A stretch of 64,000 nt of DNA from an uncultured Pseudomonas sp. (GTDB taxonomy: Bacteria > Pseudomonadota > Gammaproteobacteria > Pseudomonadales > Pseudomonadaceae): positions 6,494-70,493 of the forward strand of contig CALUCI010000003.1 in NCBI GenBank assembly GCA_943914515.1. Direction: 5' to 3'. A program made the translations under genes and the position numbers. The notes under the pieces were generated by a model. The model saw only the letters and a list, made by a program, of their open reading frames with translations, had not been told where the DNA came from and searched no databases. Each line of letters begins with the position of its first letter. Positions within the stretch are counted from its first letter, which is position 1. Shown piece by piece: positions 51,558 through 60,750 of this stretch.

Positions 51558-52640
51558 ATGAGCGACAGAATCATATTCGCAAATACTTTGCGCGGCTTCG
51601 CTGCCATCTCGGTTCTCCTCTCCCACTTCGCCGGTATTTTCTGGGTAATGAACCCGGTGATATGCGATCTGCTGGGCGTCCCCAAACTGACGAACCTCCC
51701 GCAGATACCCGACCTGCTTCAGTTCATTGCCGATCACTGCATTATCCTCGGCCAGTTTGGTGTCGGGGTTTTCTTCATCGTCAGTGGTCTGGTCATTCCC
51801 TTTTCACTGAAAAACACCAGCAAAAAGACCTTTCTCTATCGACGGGCCTTCCGGATCTACCCTGTTTATATCGCCGGCTTCTCGTTCGCCATGTGCATGC
51901 TCTATGTACTCTCCACTTACAAAGGCAGCGTCTGGCACTTCTCGTTTTTTGACATCCTTGCGCACTTCGGCGTTATCAGCCGTGCGCCATTGGGCGCACC
52001 GAGGATCGACGGCATCAGCTGGACTCTGGAAGTTGAGATCTACTTTTATCTGGTCTTGTGTGTGCTGGGCGCCAGGGCGATGCAATTCGACTTCAAGCGC
52101 TACATGATTGCTGCACTGACAGTTTCATTCCTGGCTGCGCTGACCTTCAAATTCAAAGGTTATCTGATCGGCGTGCAGATGGCGTCGGGGCTGATGCTGC
52201 TTTTGGGAATGGCTTACTACTCGCTGCTGAACAGCAAGCTTACGCTGCGGCAGTTCTGGGCAATTCAAGTAACGGTAGTCATCCTGATCGCCATTCTATG
52301 GCTGCTTGTCGCCGCGCGGGCTGAATACACTTACCAGTGGATGTCTGGCTACCTGGCAGCCATTGCCGTCTTCCATGTCTGCTACCTGCTGAGAGCACGT
52401 TTCACGGAAAACCGCCTGCTTTCCCACTTCGCCGACATCAGCTATCCGCTGTACGTCGTCCACGCACTGTTTGGCTACGCCATCATGTACGTTCTGGTGG
52501 AGAAAGGAGCCGGACCGATCACTGCCATAGCGGCAGCATCGCTGGGCTCATACCTCGCCGCACTTGGCATTCATCTGGCAATCGAAAAACCTTCCCTGCG
52601 CTTGAGCAAGATGGGACGTCAACGTCCGATCACTGCCTGA
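51558..52640 (+). CDS. Stand-alone acyltransferase-3 family protein
   Basis: LRGFAA..V..SH, GVGVFFIVSG, RRAFRIYP, WTLEVEIYFY, SYPLYVVH, IEKP; no SGNH domain. Confidence 0.9.
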   Translation: MSDRIIFANTLRGFAAISVLLSHFAGIFWVMNPVICDLLGVPKLTNLPQIPDLLQFIADHCIILGQFGVGVFFIVSGLVIPFSLKNTSKKTFLYRRAFRIYPVYIAGFSFAMCMLYVLSTYKGSVWHFSFFDILAHFGVISRAPLGAPRIDGISWTLEVEIYFYLVLCVLGARAMQFDFKRYMIAALTVSFLAALTFKFKGYLIGVQMASGLMLLLGMAYYSLLNSKLTLRQFWAIQVTVVILIAILWLLVAARAEYTYQWMSGYLAAIAVFHVCYLLRARFTENRLLSHFADISYPLYVVHALFGYAIMYVLVEKGAGPITAIAAASLGSYLAALGIHLAIEKPSLRLSKMGRQRPITA

Positions 52641-52656
52641 TTTCCGGCGCAGCGCC

Positions 52657-52681
52657 CTCCCCTCCGTTAGCCGGAGGGGAG
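52657..52681. terminator. Hairpin between the convergent acyltransferase and pyrF genes
   Basis: CTCCCCTCCG-TTAGC-CGGAGGGGAG; no strong U-tract. Confidence 0.5.
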
Positions 52682-52688
52682 AACGTGT

Positions 52689-53387
52689 TCAACCGCGGAT
52701 CTGTGCAACCACCTCTGCCAAGGCTTGCGACGGATCGGCAGCCTGGCTGATTGGCCGCCCGATGACCAGGTAATCAGAGCCTGCATCCAAGGCTTCACGC
52801 GGCGTCAGAATGCGCCGTTGATCGTCCTGGCGGCTTCCCGCGGGCCGAATGCCTGGCGTCACCAACTGCAGCGACGGGTGCGCGACTTTCAGTGCTGAAG
52901 CTTCCAACGCAGAGCAGACGAGTCCGTCCATTCCCGCTTTCTCAGCCAGAGCAGCCAGGCGCAAAACCTGCTCCTGCGGTTCGATATCCAGTCCGATACC
53001 TGCAAGGTCCTCACGCTCCATGCTGGTCAGCACCGTAACGCCAATCAGCAATGGTTGCGGACCGCTGCGCTTGTCCAACTCATCCCGACAGGCTGCCATC
53101 ATGCGCAAACCGCCAGAACAATGCACATTGACCATCCATACTCCCATCTCGGCAGCAGCCTTCACGGCCATCGCCGTGGTGTTGGGGATATCATGGAATT
53201 TCAGATCCAGAAACACCTCGAAGCCCTTCTCGCAGAGGGTTTCGACGATGCCCGACGCACTGCTGGTAAAGAGTTCCTTGCCCACCTTGACCCGACACAG
53301 CGTTGGATCAAGCTGGTCCGCGAGGCGCAACGCAGCTTCGCGGGTGGGGAAGTCCAGGGCGACAATCAAGGGCGTCTGGCAGGTCAT
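52689..53387 (-). CDS. pyrF: Orotidine-5'-phosphate decarboxylase
   Basis: [36 protein letters not shown]. Confidence 0.97.
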   Translation of the reverse strand: MTCQTPLIVALDFPTREAALRLADQLDPTLCRVKVGKELFTSSASGIVETLCEKGFEVFLDLKFHDIPNTTAMAVKAAAEMGVWMVNVHCSGGLRMMAACRDELDKRSGPQPLLIGVTVLTSMEREDLAGIGLDIEPQEQVLRLAALAEKAGMDGLVCSALEASALKVAHPSLQLVTPGIRPAGSRQDDQRRILTPREALDAGSDYLVIGRPISQAADPSQALAEVVAQIRG

Positions 53388-53559
53388 GGTCTGTCTCTTG
53401 GCAATTCAAAAATGGCGCGCATTGTAAACGATGTCGTCAACAGTGGTAGCCGAAAAAAGTTGAACGGTGCAGTTTGGCATAACGCCGGAAATGAACCGAA
53501 AGGCGGGAAGAAAATCCAAAGAAGACAAGCGGCGCTGATGCCGCTTATGGGAGAGCAAG

Positions 53560-53727
53560 ATGCCGTGGTATGCCTGGCTAATTCTGATCGTGGCCCTCGG
53601 GTCAATCATTGGCGGACTGATGCTGCTGCGCGACACCGCCAAGAAGCTGCCGCTGACCGAGGAACAACTACGCAAGGTGCATGAGAGAAACGCGGAGATG
53701 GACGCGAAGGACAGGGAAGACCGCTGA
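53560..53727 (+). CDS. Small membrane protein, DUF2897-like (55 aa)
   Basis: MPWYAWLILIVALGSIIGGLMLLRDTAKKLPLTEEQLRKVHERNAEMDAKDREDR*; GGGAG SD; below the track cutoff; family recalled, not searched. Confidence 0.8.
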   Translation: MPWYAWLILIVALGSIIGGLMLLRDTAKKLPLTEEQLRKVHERNAEMDAKDREDR

Positions 53728-53742
53728 GTTTCATTGAGTAGA

Positions 53743-53777
53743 CGGCCGATCCACATAAGTGGATCGGCCGGCTTTTT
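53743..53777 (+). terminator. Intrinsic terminator
   Basis: CGGCCGATCCAC-ATAA-GTGGATCGGCCG then GCTTTTT. Confidence 0.75.
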
Positions 53778-53792
53778 ACTGCACCCGAAATG

Positions 53793-54122
53793 CTATTCCA
53801 CCATCAGCCTTTCGCGGTTTCGATCCAGCAACGCTTTGCCGATGCCTTTGATTTCAAGCAGTTCATCGATCGAGGCGAATGGCCCGTGGGCTTCCCGATA
53901 AGCCACGATGGCTTCTGCCTTGGCTTTGCCGATACCGCTCAGACCTGTCTGCAACACAATGGCGTCGGCCTGGTTCAGGTTCAACTTGACCGGAACCGAC
54001 TGAGCCGCGTCACCCTGCGCCTCGCCAGCCACCGGTGTTGATTGTGACGGCGACGCAGGTACGGTCATGGGTAACGCGGCAAAAAGAGCCGCCAGACAGC
54101 AGGAAAGGACAGTTTTTCGCAT
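53793..54122 (-). CDS. comEA: ComEA family helix-hairpin-helix DNA-binding protein
   Basis: Signal peptide, LNLNQA, LSGIGKAKAEAIVAYR, L.EIKGIG. Confidence 0.88.
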   Translation of the reverse strand: MRKTVLSCCLAALFAALPMTVPASPSQSTPVAGEAQGDAAQSVPVKLNLNQADAIVLQTGLSGIGKAKAEAIVAYREAHGPFASIDELLEIKGIGKALLDRNRERLMVE

Positions 54123-54326
54123 GGTTCATTCACTCCTGTGACTTGATGACAAGGCAGCGTTTCCTTGAGCTGCGAAGGCAAGGTTAGAAGCAACTGGAGT
54201 GGTGCGAAAGTCGAATGAACCGTGAATTCGATACCAAAAAAAACTAAATGAAAGACCTTTGCTGAATCGTGCAGCCGCCATGCCCCCACGGTGATGGGAG
54301 CATGCGGTTTCAACCCTTGAAGACCT

Positions 54327-55280
54327 TTAACGCTCAAGTCGATACTGGCGACCGGCTTCTACCAAGCCCTGGCGGGAGTCCACTGGCGGCGTCCATTGCA
54401 ACAGCTTCCTGCATTTCGACGAGTCGACCTGCAGCGAACCGCACAATTGGATGTACAGACTCTTCTTTCCTGCCGCCGTAGCTAACCCGCCCAGCAGCGC
54501 AGGCGGAACAGGCAACAGCATCTGCTTCTTGCCCATACCCTGAGCAAGCAGACGCAGCATGTCCGCCGTGGAAACATCCTCGCCATCACTGATCAGAAAA
54601 AGTTCGTTCGCCGCAGCGGGATGACGTACGCAAGTAATGATGAAATCGGCAAGATTCTCCAGGGCCACCAGACTTCTCTGGTTTTTCACCATGCCAAACG
54701 GCATTGGCAAACCGGATGCAACAAGTTTCAAAAGACGTCGGAAGTTACCCGGAGCATGAGCGGCATAAACCAGTGGCGGCCTGATGATCACCAACTCCAT
54801 AGCGCTATCGGAGGTCAGTTGTTTCAGTGCTGCTTCGGCTTCGTGCTTCGACGTTGCGTAATCGGCATGGGGCGCCGGAACAGAAGACTCCGAGAAGGGG
54901 GCGGTATCGGTAGCATTGCCGTTGACGCCGATGGAGCTGATAAAGACGAAGCGTTTCACGCCCTTTTCGATGGCAGTCTTGGCCAGGGCCAGTGCGGCTT
55001 CGACATTGGTGCGGCGGAACGCCGAGAGCGGATCGGCAGTGGTATCGTTCAGGATATGCGCACGCGCTGCCAGGTGTACGACGACATCGACGCCTTCCAA
55101 CGCCGAAGACCAGTCCGTGTCAGGCCCCATGTCGCCAATCTCGAAATAGTCACCGGCAGCCACACCCCCAGCCGGCAGTGAGCGCACAGCCCCTGCGACC
55201 GTGATCGAGGCATCGGTGCGCAACCGATCGAATACTGCGCTGCCCACAAATCCCTTCGCCCCGGTTACCAATACGCGCAT
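54327..55280 (-). CDS. NAD-dependent nucleotide-sugar epimerase/reductase (WbpK/WbpV-like), catalytic motif intact
   Basis: TGAKGFVG, HLAARAH, ISSI.VNG, YATSK, IRPPLVY; AGGAG SD. Confidence 0.88.
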   Translation of the reverse strand: MRVLVTGAKGFVGSAVFDRLRTDASITVAGAVRSLPAGGVAAGDYFEIGDMGPDTDWSSALEGVDVVVHLAARAHILNDTTADPLSAFRRTNVEAALALAKTAIEKGVKRFVFISSIGVNGNATDTAPFSESSVPAPHADYATSKHEAEAALKQLTSDSAMELVIIRPPLVYAAHAPGNFRRLLKLVASGLPMPFGMVKNQRSLVALENLADFIITCVRHPAAANELFLISDGEDVSTADMLRLLAQGMGKKQMLLPVPPALLGGLATAAGKKSLYIQLCGSLQVDSSKCRKLLQWTPPVDSRQGLVEAGRQYRLER

Positions 55281-55339
55281 ACATTCTCCTGAACTGCCTG
55301 CGAGCCGCTGATTCGGCGGCAGACAGGTTCCGTGATCGT

Positions 55340-55379
55340 AAAAAAGAAAAATCGTCAGTTCATTGCATGAACTGACGAT
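55340..55379 (-). terminator. Intrinsic terminator after wbpM
   Basis: Minus strand ATCGTCAGTTCAT-GCA-ATGAACTGACGAT followed by TTTTCTTTTTT. Confidence 0.8.
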
Positions 55380-55422
55380 CGGACACTATCTCAAAGTTAT
55401 CGGATTGAGGCGGGCGACAACT

Positions 55423-57447
55423 TCACGGCTCGCTGCAGCGCTGCTGGTGAATCCAGTCGACGATATCGCCTTCAGGCGCATAGCCGCTGACTGTTTCACG
55501 AAGCAACTGGCGAACCCGGTTGTAGTCATCGTTGGAAATGGCCGCAAGCAACGCGGACAACTTCTCCTTCAAGACATCCCATGGCAGGTAATCTTCCGAC
55601 GCGCTCATGATCATCGGGTGCTGGGTGGCGGCAACATTGTCACCGATCAACAGCTCTTCATAGAGCTTCTCTCCAGGGCGAAGACCGCTGAAGACAATAG
55701 CGATATCACCATGCGGATTGCGTTCGGAACGAACACTCAGTCCGGAAAGATGAATCATTTTCTCCGCCAGCTCGACGATTTTCACCGGCGCGCCCATGTC
55801 GAGAACGAATACATCGCCCCCGAGCCCCATCGAGCCCGCCTGGATCACCAATTGCGCAGCTTCGGGGATGGTCATGAAATAGCGGGTGATATTCGGGTGG
55901 GTCACGGTCAACGGCCCTCCCGACTTGATCTGCTTGTAGAAAAGCGGAATGACCGAGCCCGAGGAGCCAAGTACATTGCCGAAACGCACCATGGTGAAAC
56001 GCGTTTTGTTGACCTGGGAAACGTTGCTGTGATCGGCGAAGAGTACAGGAGCCAATTCACGGCTCAGCGCCTGCAGCGTCATTTCGGCCAAGCGCTTGGT
56101 ACTGCCCATGACATTGGTCGGGCGAACCGCCTTGTCGGTCGAGATCAGGACGAAGTTGGCCACACCTGCCTGCAATGCCGCCTGTGCCGTGTACAGAGTA
56201 CCGATGACGTTATTCAGCACGCCTTCGGCAATATTGTGCTCGACCATCGGCACATGCTTGTAAGCGGCAGCGTGATACACCGTATCCACGCTCCAGGTCT
56301 TCATGACATCCAGCAATTGCGACTGATTGCGCACCGATCCCAGGATCGGGATCAGACGCACCGGCAGCGACTCCCGGGAGATCCGTTGCTCCAACTCGGA
56401 AAGGATGGAGTACAGGTTGAATTCGCTATGCTCGAACAGCAGCAGGACTTTGGGGCCCTGGCCCAGAATCTGCCGGCATAGCTCGGAACCGATTGAACCT
56501 CCCGCACCGGTCACCAGAACAGATTGCCCGGTAATGCAACGCTCGATGAGATCATCCTGGGCTGGAACAGCATCACGACCCAGGAGGTCCGCGATGTCGA
56601 CTTCCTGAATATCGTCTACCTTGACCCGGCCACTCGCCAGGTCCATGAATCCCGGGACGCTACGAACATGCAACGGGAAGCCTTCAAGAAAGCCCAGGAT
56701 CTCCCGACGCCGACCGCGCGAAGCAGACGGGATGGCCAGCAGGATTTCTTCGGCCCCGGTCATGTCGATCATCCGCTGGATATGGCGGGGCTTGTAGACC
56801 TGAAGACCCGAGATCACGCGATTGGATATGCTGCTGTCATCGTCGATGAAAGCAACAGGACGCATCACCTTGCCCAGGCGCAGCGCAGCAACTAGCTGAT
56901 TGCCAGCAGCACCCGCGCCGTAGATTGCAACTTTAGGCAAGCCGTCATCCCGCGTAGTGAAAGGCACATGCTGTACTGCCGTGTACCAGTCACCGAGGAA
57001 GTACTGACGCATGGCCAGGCGCAGCCCGCCCACCATAATCAGGCTCAACCACCAGAAGTTGAAGATGATCGAGCGCGGAACGACGTTCTGATGTCCGCTG
57101 TACCAGTAGACGACTACCCCGAGAATCAACGACGCCAAGGAAACGGCCTTGATGATAATGATCAGCGCATCATTGCCGAAATAGCGCATGACGGCCCGGT
57201 ACATGCCGAACCGGATGAACAGGGGAATGGATATGACTGGAGCAACCAGGAACAACCACAAATGATCCACTATCGGATTGGACAGGTCGTCTATTCCAAG
57301 ACGGACCACAAACGCCAACCACAGTGCAGCCCAGACCAAGATGACGTCCGTCACCACCTGCACCAGCCGCTTCTGGCGCCGAGGCAGCCCAAGCAGCGAC
57401 GCCCGTACCCCATCCAAAACCCTATCGAACACCTGTACCGCTCCCAT
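55423..57447 (-). CDS. wbpM: Membrane-bound UDP-GlcNAc 4,6-dehydratase
   Basis: Four N-terminal TMs, IYGAGAAG, TGAGGSIGSE, AAYKHVP, STDKAVRPTNVMGSTK, GLRPGEKLYEEL. Confidence 0.93.
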   Translation of the reverse strand: MGAVQVFDRVLDGVRASLLGLPRRQKRLVQVVTDVILVWAALWLAFVVRLGIDDLSNPIVDHLWLFLVAPVISIPLFIRFGMYRAVMRYFGNDALIIIIKAVSLASLILGVVVYWYSGHQNVVPRSIIFNFWWLSLIMVGGLRLAMRQYFLGDWYTAVQHVPFTTRDDGLPKVAIYGAGAAGNQLVAALRLGKVMRPVAFIDDDSSISNRVISGLQVYKPRHIQRMIDMTGAEEILLAIPSASRGRRREILGFLEGFPLHVRSVPGFMDLASGRVKVDDIQEVDIADLLGRDAVPAQDDLIERCITGQSVLVTGAGGSIGSELCRQILGQGPKVLLLFEHSEFNLYSILSELEQRISRESLPVRLIPILGSVRNQSQLLDVMKTWSVDTVYHAAAYKHVPMVEHNIAEGVLNNVIGTLYTAQAALQAGVANFVLISTDKAVRPTNVMGSTKRLAEMTLQALSRELAPVLFADHSNVSQVNKTRFTMVRFGNVLGSSGSVIPLFYKQIKSGGPLTVTHPNITRYFMTIPEAAQLVIQAGSMGLGGDVFVLDMGAPVKIVELAEKMIHLSGLSVRSERNPHGDIAIVFSGLRPGEKLYEELLIGDNVAATQHPMIMSASEDYLPWDVLKEKLSALLAAISNDDYNRVRQLLRETVSGYAPEGDIVDWIHQQRCSEP

Positions 57448-57507
57448 ATTGAATCTCTTTTACATCGGACATCGCTTGATGTTCCGCGGCCATCCCACTG
57501 ACCAGTT

Positions 57508-58518
57508 TTATTCGATGCTGCCCGCTTTATAGAAAAGCGCCAGACCTACCAGCGGTGCGTATGCGATGAGCAGCGCCAGGAAACCATCGACATTCAACAG
57601 CATGACGCACAAGGCTACAGGTAACAACCAGAAAAGATTCAGTGCTGCGACGCCCAGAGTCACCGCCAGGTGCTTGCCGTAGCGCCGCGAAGCGAACTGA
57701 TAACCATGACTGCGGTGAGCTTCATAAACCTTGTCTCCCCGTGCCAGGCGGCGAATGAGCGTGAACGTGGCATCGACGATGAACACGCCAAGGAGAATCA
57801 GCCAGCACCAGAACAGCTGAGACGAAGCCCAGGCGCCCTGCAGGGATAGAAGACCGAGAATGATACCGAGGAACCCGCTACCGGCGTCGCCCATGAAAAT
57901 ACGTGCGGGAGGGAAGTTCCAGAACAGGAAACCTGCAACCGCAGCCGCAAGAACCAGAGGCAGGACGATGAGGCTGGCAAAACCGCTCAACCAGTAAAGC
58001 AGGCATGCTCCCAGACATACACAAATGGCCTCGATACTGGCGAGGCCATCAATGCCGTCCATGAAGTTGTAGAGATTCAGCATCCAGACGAGATAAACCG
58101 CCGCGAGCACACTACCGACCAGGCCAAGATCGAGCTGCCAGCCAAATACGTGAAGCGGCGGAAGGCCATCAATCCAGAACAACCCCCAGGCAGCCGCTGC
58201 GAAGTGTCCCAGCAGCCTCCAGCGAGCGGCGATATGGCCGTGATCGTCCATGAAACCGATTACTGCGACAAGACCACCCGCACCGACCAATGCCAATACC
58301 GTCGAGGAGTCAACCATGACTGACAACCCGAGAAGGCAGGTTGCGGCAATGAATGCGAGAACAATGGCGACGCCGCCGCCGCGTGGAGTCGGAACCACAT
58401 GCGAACTTCGTGCATTCGGGATATCAATGATGCTCTTTGCCAATGCGTAACGTCGCAGCGCACCAGTCAACAGTATTGATACAAGCACCACCAGCGGAGC
58501 CAGCCACCATAAAGTCAT
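57508..58518 (-). CDS. wbpL: Undecaprenyl-phosphate HexNAc-1-P transferase (MraY/WecA family)
   Basis: DIPNARSSH..PTPRGGG, GFMDD, NFMDGIDG, FMGDAGS, AHRSHGYQ. Confidence 0.92.
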   Translation of the reverse strand: MTLWWLAPLVVLVSILLTGALRRYALAKSIIDIPNARSSHVVPTPRGGGVAIVLAFIAATCLLGLSVMVDSSTVLALVGAGGLVAVIGFMDDHGHIAARWRLLGHFAAAAWGLFWIDGLPPLHVFGWQLDLGLVGSVLAAVYLVWMLNLYNFMDGIDGLASIEAICVCLGACLLYWLSGFASLIVLPLVLAAAVAGFLFWNFPPARIFMGDAGSGFLGIILGLLSLQGAWASSQLFWCWLILLGVFIVDATFTLIRRLARGDKVYEAHRSHGYQFASRRYGKHLAVTLGVAALNLFWLLPVALCVMLLNVDGFLALLIAYAPLVGLALFYKAGSIE

Positions 58519-59483
58519 TTTCTTGATTCTTCCTGATAATAACGAACGGCTGATTCCAGCGCGTCATCAACACCTGTAACAGGTGCCCACCCCAATAAAG
58601 CCCGCGTCTTTGATATATCAACCTGAAGCGATCCAAACAGCCGCTTCGCAATCTCGGCCTTGCCCGACATGCCCAACAACCACTTCAACCAGCGCTCGCC
58701 AAGAGGAACCAGGCGTGCCGACCTGTTCAATACGCGAGCCATCCGCCGAAGCAACATGGGCGTAGACAGGTCCTCACCATCACTGACCAGGAAGACCTGG
58801 TTTGCGGCAGCTGGATGATCAATACATGTAACGATCAGGCTGACAAGATTATCGATGGCGACCAGGCTGCGAGAGTTTGCAATTGACGCAAATGGCAAGG
58901 GAATCCCACGATCAAGCCACTTCATCATCGCGAGGAAATTTCCTCTTGCCCCAGGCCCATAAACGAGCACCGGGCGGATGATAACGACTTCGATAGAAGA
59001 TTGCGCAGCCAGTTCCAGCAACGCCTTCTCGGTTTCCAGCTTTGCAATACCGAATGCACCGACAGGAGCAGGAACATCGTCGGCCCGATAAGGCCTTCCC
59101 GGAGTGGTGCCTTCACCATTGACCTTGATCGAACTGATGAAGATAAAGCGCCTTACGCCTGCTGATGCTGCCTGCCGAGCCAGGTGAATGGTCCCCTCGA
59201 CATTGCTCTTTCTGTAATCGTCCAGCAGAACACCTTGCGGGTCATCCATTACATGTGGCCGGGACGCGCAATGTATGACGACATCCACACCGTCCAGATG
59301 ACTCCGCCAATCTGTTTCTACGTCGAGAGGATCGCCCTGTATAAAGCAACCGGCCCCGATCGATCGCGGGGCCTGGTTGCGCGAGACAGCGAGTACCGCA
59401 AATGAATCCTTACTCGCTAACGTCTTGTGTAGGGCATTACCTATGAAACCACTTGCGCCTGTCAGAAAAACAGAACACGTCAT
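58515..59483 (-). CDS. NAD-dependent epimerase/reductase (WbpK/WbpV-like) with YxxxK changed to FxxxK
   Basis: TGASGFIG, ISSIKVNGE, GAFGIAK, IRPVLVYG; directly upstream of wbpL. Confidence 0.85.
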   Translation of the reverse strand: MTCSVFLTGASGFIGNALHKTLASKDSFAVLAVSRNQAPRSIGAGCFIQGDPLDVETDWRSHLDGVDVVIHCASRPHVMDDPQGVLLDDYRKSNVEGTIHLARQAASAGVRRFIFISSIKVNGEGTTPGRPYRADDVPAPVGAFGIAKLETEKALLELAAQSSIEVVIIRPVLVYGPGARGNFLAMMKWLDRGIPLPFASIANSRSLVAIDNLVSLIVTCIDHPAAANQVFLVSDGEDLSTPMLLRRMARVLNRSARLVPLGERWLKWLLGMSGKAEIAKRLFGSLQVDISKTRALLGWAPVTGVDDALESAVRYYQEESRK

Positions 59484-60745
59484 GAGACTTCTTTCTTGCG
59501 CAGAGTCGCCTTGCGCATCAGGGACTCCAGCGTGACCATGAGCTTGTCCCTGGCGAAATGATCCTCATAGTACTGCCTTCCGGCCCGCCCCATTGCCTCA
59601 CGCTGCTCACTCGTCATCGAAGCCATGGAACGCACGATCCGACTAAGCGCAGCAGCATCACCGGACGGGCACGCCAAGCCGGCCCCGGATTCGTTGATGA
59701 CTTTTGCAGCCTCTCCGTCAACCGCTCCGAGCACGGGACGTCCCGATGCAAGGTAAGTCTGTACCTTTCCGGGAATGGTCTTAGCGATGATTTCGTTGGC
59801 CTTGAGCGAAACGAGCAGCGCATCAGCCTCGGCGAAAAGTGCCGGCATGGCTTCCAATGGGTGCCTGCCGAGCAAATGGACATCCTTCAGACCGCGAGCC
59901 GCTACCTGTTCTGCAATCCACTCGCCCATCCGTCCGTCTCCGACGATGATCCAGCGAACAGCGACTTCACCCGACAGCGACTCCGCCGCGTCAAGGATTG
60001 CAGGAAAGCCCTGCGTTTCTCCCAGGTTACCGGCATAGACAATGGTGAATACACCTGGCTGATTCTGAATCAGATTGGACTGCACCTGCTCCGTGGAAGA
60101 AAAATTGTCTTCCGCCCAGCTCGGGAAATACACCAACCGGTCGGCTGGTATCGGCTTCGTGCAGTACTTTTTGACATCCTCCAGAAAGGCCCGCGACTGG
60201 ACCAGAAGGTAGTCGGTACGGTTATAGATCCACGAAACCATCTTTCCAACCATGGCGAGCAGACGAGGACTCTTGACAACCCCCACGAAGCTCAGCGATT
60301 CCGGCCACAAATCCAGTACCCAGACAAAGACTGGAGTGCGTTTCAAACGTCCTAGGACGATCGCAGGAATCGCCGCCATGATTGGCGAAACGGCATTCAT
60401 GAAAATGGCATCGTACTTCCTGCCGCGGAGCTTGTAGGCGCCGATCGTGGAAGCACTGATGAAAAAAGAAAGGTAGTTCAGTACCAGGCCGATCTTGCGA
60501 TTGCCCCGCGGAACAAGCGGAACACGCACTATCTCAGCACCGTGGTAGGACTGGAAGCGCTCCGGCTCCTTGCGATAGCTGTCGAACACTTCGCCTTCAG
60601 GATAATTCGGCAGGCCGGTTAGAACCGTAACTTCGTGCCCTTTCTCAGAAAAATAGCGGACCATGTCATTGATCCGCATATTTTCCGGCCAGAAATACTG
60701 CGTAACGAGAAGAACTCTCAATTTTTTCTCGGCCATTCTCGTCAC
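59480..60745 (-). CDS. GT4 glycosyltransferase (WbjE/WbuB-like, probable L-FucNAc transferase)
   Basis: TQYFWPE, PNYPEG, LDLWPES, YAGNLG, PGKVQTYLASG; follows the L-FucNAc genes. Confidence 0.85.
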   Translation of the reverse strand: MTRMAEKKLRVLLVTQYFWPENMRINDMVRYFSEKGHEVTVLTGLPNYPEGEVFDSYRKEPERFQSYHGAEIVRVPLVPRGNRKIGLVLNYLSFFISASTIGAYKLRGRKYDAIFMNAVSPIMAAIPAIVLGRLKRTPVFVWVLDLWPESLSFVGVVKSPRLLAMVGKMVSWIYNRTDYLLVQSRAFLEDVKKYCTKPIPADRLVYFPSWAEDNFSSTEQVQSNLIQNQPGVFTIVYAGNLGETQGFPAILDAAESLSGEVAVRWIIVGDGRMGEWIAEQVAARGLKDVHLLGRHPLEAMPALFAEADALLVSLKANEIIAKTIPGKVQTYLASGRPVLGAVDGEAAKVINESGAGLACPSGDAAALSRIVRSMASMTSEQREAMGRAGRQYYEDHFARDKLMVTLESLMRKATLRKKEVS

Positions 60746-60750
60746 TCAGA

